Below the pieces are notes generated by a model. That model ran no database searches. It saw nothing but the letters and a program-made list of their open reading frames with translations, and was not told the origin of the DNA. Shown one piece after another: positions 61,351 through 64,000 of a stretch of 64,000 nucleotides of DNA. Location: assembly GCA_963823555.1 (NCBI GenBank), contig CAWGMA010000002.1:608001-672000 (forward strand). Reading direction: 5' to 3'. Each line of letters begins with the position of its first letter. The first letter of the stretch is position 1. The stretch is from Candidatus Eiseniibacteriota bacterium (GTDB lineage Bacteria > Eisenbacteria > RBG-16-71-46 > CAVPCR01). Position numbers and translations under genes: made by a program.

Positions 61351-64000
61351 TCAGCGGATCCAGACGACAGGCTTGCTGGTGTTGAACTGCGGAGCGTCCA
61401 CTCTCACGAAGTAGACGCCTGCGACCAGCGCTCGGCCAGCCTGATCCCTGCCGTCCCAGGCGAACTGGTGTCGGCCTGCAAGCAGCACTCCGCCCATCAG
61501 ATCCCGCACTTTTCGGCCAGACACGTCGTAGATGCCGGCATCGACTCTCCCCTCCGCAGGAAGATCGAGGACGATCGCCGCTGCGCCGCGAGCGGGATTC
61601 GGGAAGACCGACAGGAAAGTGCCACCAACCGGCAGGGCTTCCGCCACACCGGAGGGCATCGTCACCGTCAGAATGGCCGCGTAGCTGGTCTCGCTGCCAC
61701 AGGGGTTCGATACCACGCAGTCGTAGGCGCCGGAGTCGGCCGCCGCTACCTGCTGGATCGTCAGATCCCGAGTCGCCGCACCGAAGATCGTCGATCCATG
61801 ACCCGTCGCCCCGTCTTCCAGGGGAATGCCGTTTCGGCGCCAAGAGAAGGCCAAGTCCCAGTATCCATTGGCGGGATAGACCGAGAAGCTTGCATTCTCA
61901 CCCTCGCCAACAGTTTGTGGGAAGGGATGGACGGCGATCCAGGGTACCCCCGTCGTCAGGAAGCGTGCCGCGCCGAGGGTTGGGATGTTCACGCTCCCGA
62001 CCGACGTGAAGTCCCCACCCACGAACAGTTCCCCGTGGTAGGCCGCAACCGCGCGGGCCGTCGCGTCCACACCGCCATCCACTATGACCCAGGCTCCATC
62101 CTCGAACCGGGCGACCGACCCGGGGAAATCTCCGGTGGCGTAAAGGAATCCGCCCTCCGACTTGAGTGCGAAAACGGTTCCGGGAAGACCTGTCCCGACG
62201 GCGACCCAATCCCCCCCGCTGAAGCGCGCGACGTGGTTGAGCGGCGTGCCGGAGCCGGATGCGGCGAAAGCTCCGCCGGCGTACGTGGAGCCGCTATGCC
62301 GCTCGATGGCATAGACCGCGCCGTTGAGACCGCTACCCAGGGGGGACCAGGGAGTATCGGGGAGATCCAGGCGGTCTATCCAGGATGCGATGCACAGGGC
62401 CGAAGTGCCGTTGGCCGAAGTGAAGAGACCACCGGCCAGCATCACGCTCGTCGTGGCGTTCAACGAGTACCCCTTGAGGGAGAAGACGGCACCGTTGATT
62501 CCGGTCCCCATGGCTTCCCAGACCGACCCGTTCCACCGGGCGACGTGCAGGAGTGGATTTGGTCCCGAGCGCGTGAATCCTCCGCCGGCGACCGTTGTGC
62601 CTGCAAAGCGGCCGAGCGCGAGGACGTCGCCGTTGAACCCATCTCCGAGCGCTGACCACCCGGTCAAGAGGATGTCGTCCGATTCGGTCCACTGGGCCAC
62701 GCGCATGGCGCTCACTCCCCCGGCCGTAGTGAACTGACCACCGACGACCAGAACGTTCCTCTGGGGGGGACTGGTAATCGTATAGCCGGTGAGGGCCATG
62801 ACGGGGGCGTTCGTACCCGTTTCAAGAGGAAGGAGCTGCTGCCCGTCCCAAGCGGCGATGTGAGACGACTCGCCTTCCGGGAAGTACTGCGAGAACGAAC
62901 CGGCAAGCCCGACCCGGTTTCCATAGACGGCGAGGGCATTGACGCTCACGGGAGCGCTGCTGTCGTTCCAGGAGGTGCCGTTCCAGCGGGCGAGGTTCCG
63001 CACCGGGATGTTGAATGTGCCGCCGGCAAACAGCTCTCCGCGGTACTCCGCCATCGTGTAGACTGCCTCGCCGTTCGCCACACCGGCGCCGATGCCGCCC
63101 CCCAGCGCCTGCCACCCGCTGACGTCCCAGCGAGCCACCCGGCGGATCATCGCGGTCGTGCCTCCCGCATGGAACTCCCCTCCCGCGTGAAGGTAGCCAT
63201 CATAGCTGGTGAGGGAGTACACGGGCGCGCCAAGCGAGCAGGGGTTCCCGCAGTCCATCGTCAGCCAGCGAGTCCCATCCCAGAGGATGCACCACTTCTG
63301 CGGAACCCCCTGGTTGTCGATGTGCGCGAATGCCCCACCCACGGCCAGCATCCCGTTGTACACATGAAGCGCGTAGACGTCGTCGTCGAGACCGCCGTCC
63401 CCATCGGCGACCGAACTCCATGAGGAGCCGCTCCACTTGGCGAGAAACGGCATGCTCTCGAGACCGCCGTTCTGGAAATCCCCGCCGGCGTAGAGGTAGC
63501 TGCCATACGCGGCCAGCGCGTAGACGGGCCCGTCCAGAGAGCTCCCGAAGCTGACCCAAGTCGAGCTGGGGGCATCCCAACGCCGCGTGTTGTTGTTGAA
63601 GTTGCCCCCCGCGTAGAGCTGTCCGTTGTAGGTCGCAAGGGCATAGACGGAGGACCCTCCCAGCATCCCATTGCCCATCGGAGACCAGTACAGATCGTTG
63701 TAACGCGCCACAAACCTCGCTTGGACGCCTCCTGCGCTGGTGAACGAGCCGGCGGCAACGAGGATCCCTTCATGGATGGCCAAGGCGCGAATGGGGCCGT
63801 CCACTCCTCCCGCCAGGTCCCGCCAGACAGTTCCGTCCCATGACGCGACGTTGCTCACTTGGACTCCCCCGATGCTTGTGAACTCGCCACCGACGATGAG
63901 AAGCTCCTGGCGAGGACCGGCGCCGTCGGGATCCCACACAATCGATGCGTTGATCGGACCGTTGGGTGAGGTCACCCCCCCCGTGAAGGGCCCGGCACGC
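61351..64000 (-). CDS. Large secreted beta-propeller protein with Ig domain and FlgD-Ig C-terminal domain, 5' end outside window
   Basis: Repeats G.V.AL..Y.G.LYAGG.F...VARW.G..W; Ig motif DSGAYDCVVSN; tail PNP...WDGRDQAGR...GVYFVR. Confidence 0.85.
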   Translation of the reverse strand, partial: RAGPFTGGVTSPNGPINASIVWDPDGAGPRQELLIVGGEFTSIGGVQVSNVASWDGTVWRDLAGGVDGPIRALAIHEGILVAAGSFTSAGGVQARFVARYNDLYWSPMGNGMLGGSSVYALATYNGQLYAGGNFNNNTRRWDAPSSTWVSFGSSLDGPVYALAAYGSYLYAGGDFQNGGLESMPFLAKWSGSSWSSVADGDGGLDDDVYALHVYNGMLAVGGAFAHIDNQGVPQKWCILWDGTRWLTMDCGNPCSLGAPVYSLTSYDGYLHAGGEFHAGGTTAMIRRVARWDVSGWQALGGGIGAGVANGEAVYTMAEYRGELFAGGTFNIPVRNLARWNGTSWNDSSAPVSVNALAVYGNRVGLAGSFSQYFPEGESSHIAAWDGQQLLPLETGTNAPVMALTGYTITSPPQRNVLVVGGQFTTAGGVSAMRVAQWTESDDILLTGWSALGDGFNGDVLALGRFAGTTVAGGGFTRSGPNPLLHVARWNGSVWEAMGTGINGAVFSLKGYSLNATTSVMLAGGLFTSANGTSALCIASWIDRLDLPDTPWSPLGSGLNGAVYAIERHSGSTYAGGAFAASGSGTPLNHVARFSGGDWVAVGTGLPGTVFALKSEGGFLYATGDFPGSVARFEDGAWVIVDGGVDATARAVAAYHGELFVGGDFTSVGSVNIPTLGAARFLTTGVPWIAVHPFPQTVGEGENASFSVYPANGYWDLAFSWRRNGIPLEDGATGHGSTIFGAATRDLTIQQVAAADSGAYDCVVSNPCGSETSYAAILTVTMPSGVAEALPVGGTFLSVFPNPARGAAAIVLDLPAEGRVDAGIYDVSGRKVRDLMGGVLLAGRHQFAWDGRDQAGRALVAGVYFVRVDAPQFNTSKPVVWIR

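Noticed and set aside
60908..61414. 168-aa ORF spanning repeat copy B
   Set aside because: No RBS or recognisable motifs, and the frame is broken in copy A; treated as non-coding
1..64000. tRNA, rRNA, reverse transcriptase/DGR or prophage genes
   Set aside because: None recognised in the sequence or the ORF track

Overview
High-GC bacterial window. The many secreted proteins with FlgD-Ig/T9SS-like C-terminal domains or a '(T/S)WGxxK' tail suggest an FCB-group candidate lineage such as Eisenbacteria, Latescibacterota or Krumholzibacteriota (inference only). Single-base frameshifts are frequent and look like long-read consensus errors. Gene content in order: two tandem atypical Hsp70 genes; a DUF222-HNH nuclease; a secreted di-haem peroxidase; a GHKL ATPase; a VIT-vWA/ECF sigma operon; a TolC-MFP-glgB-RND operon; metabolic genes; a hoxFUYHW NAD-reducing [NiFe]-hydrogenase with a two-component pair; an M16 peptidase; a 43-53 kb patchwork of secreted beta-helix genes, kefFC and IS remnants; redox genes; and an RPH-like PEP-utilising enzyme. 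Main observations: (1) an array of parS-like 16-bp palindromes (TGTTTCCGCGGAAACA) at the 3' end of the DUF222-HNH gene, whose N-terminus resembles the ParB DNA-binding region, with a second orphan array 40 kb away; (2) two selenoprotein candidates missed by the ORF track (UPHC thioredoxin-like and ULFC peroxiredoxin-like), each with a SECIS-like hairpin; (3) a short C-terminal WGxxK candidate sorting tail alongside the T9SS-like domains; (4) several dispersed non-coding repeats.
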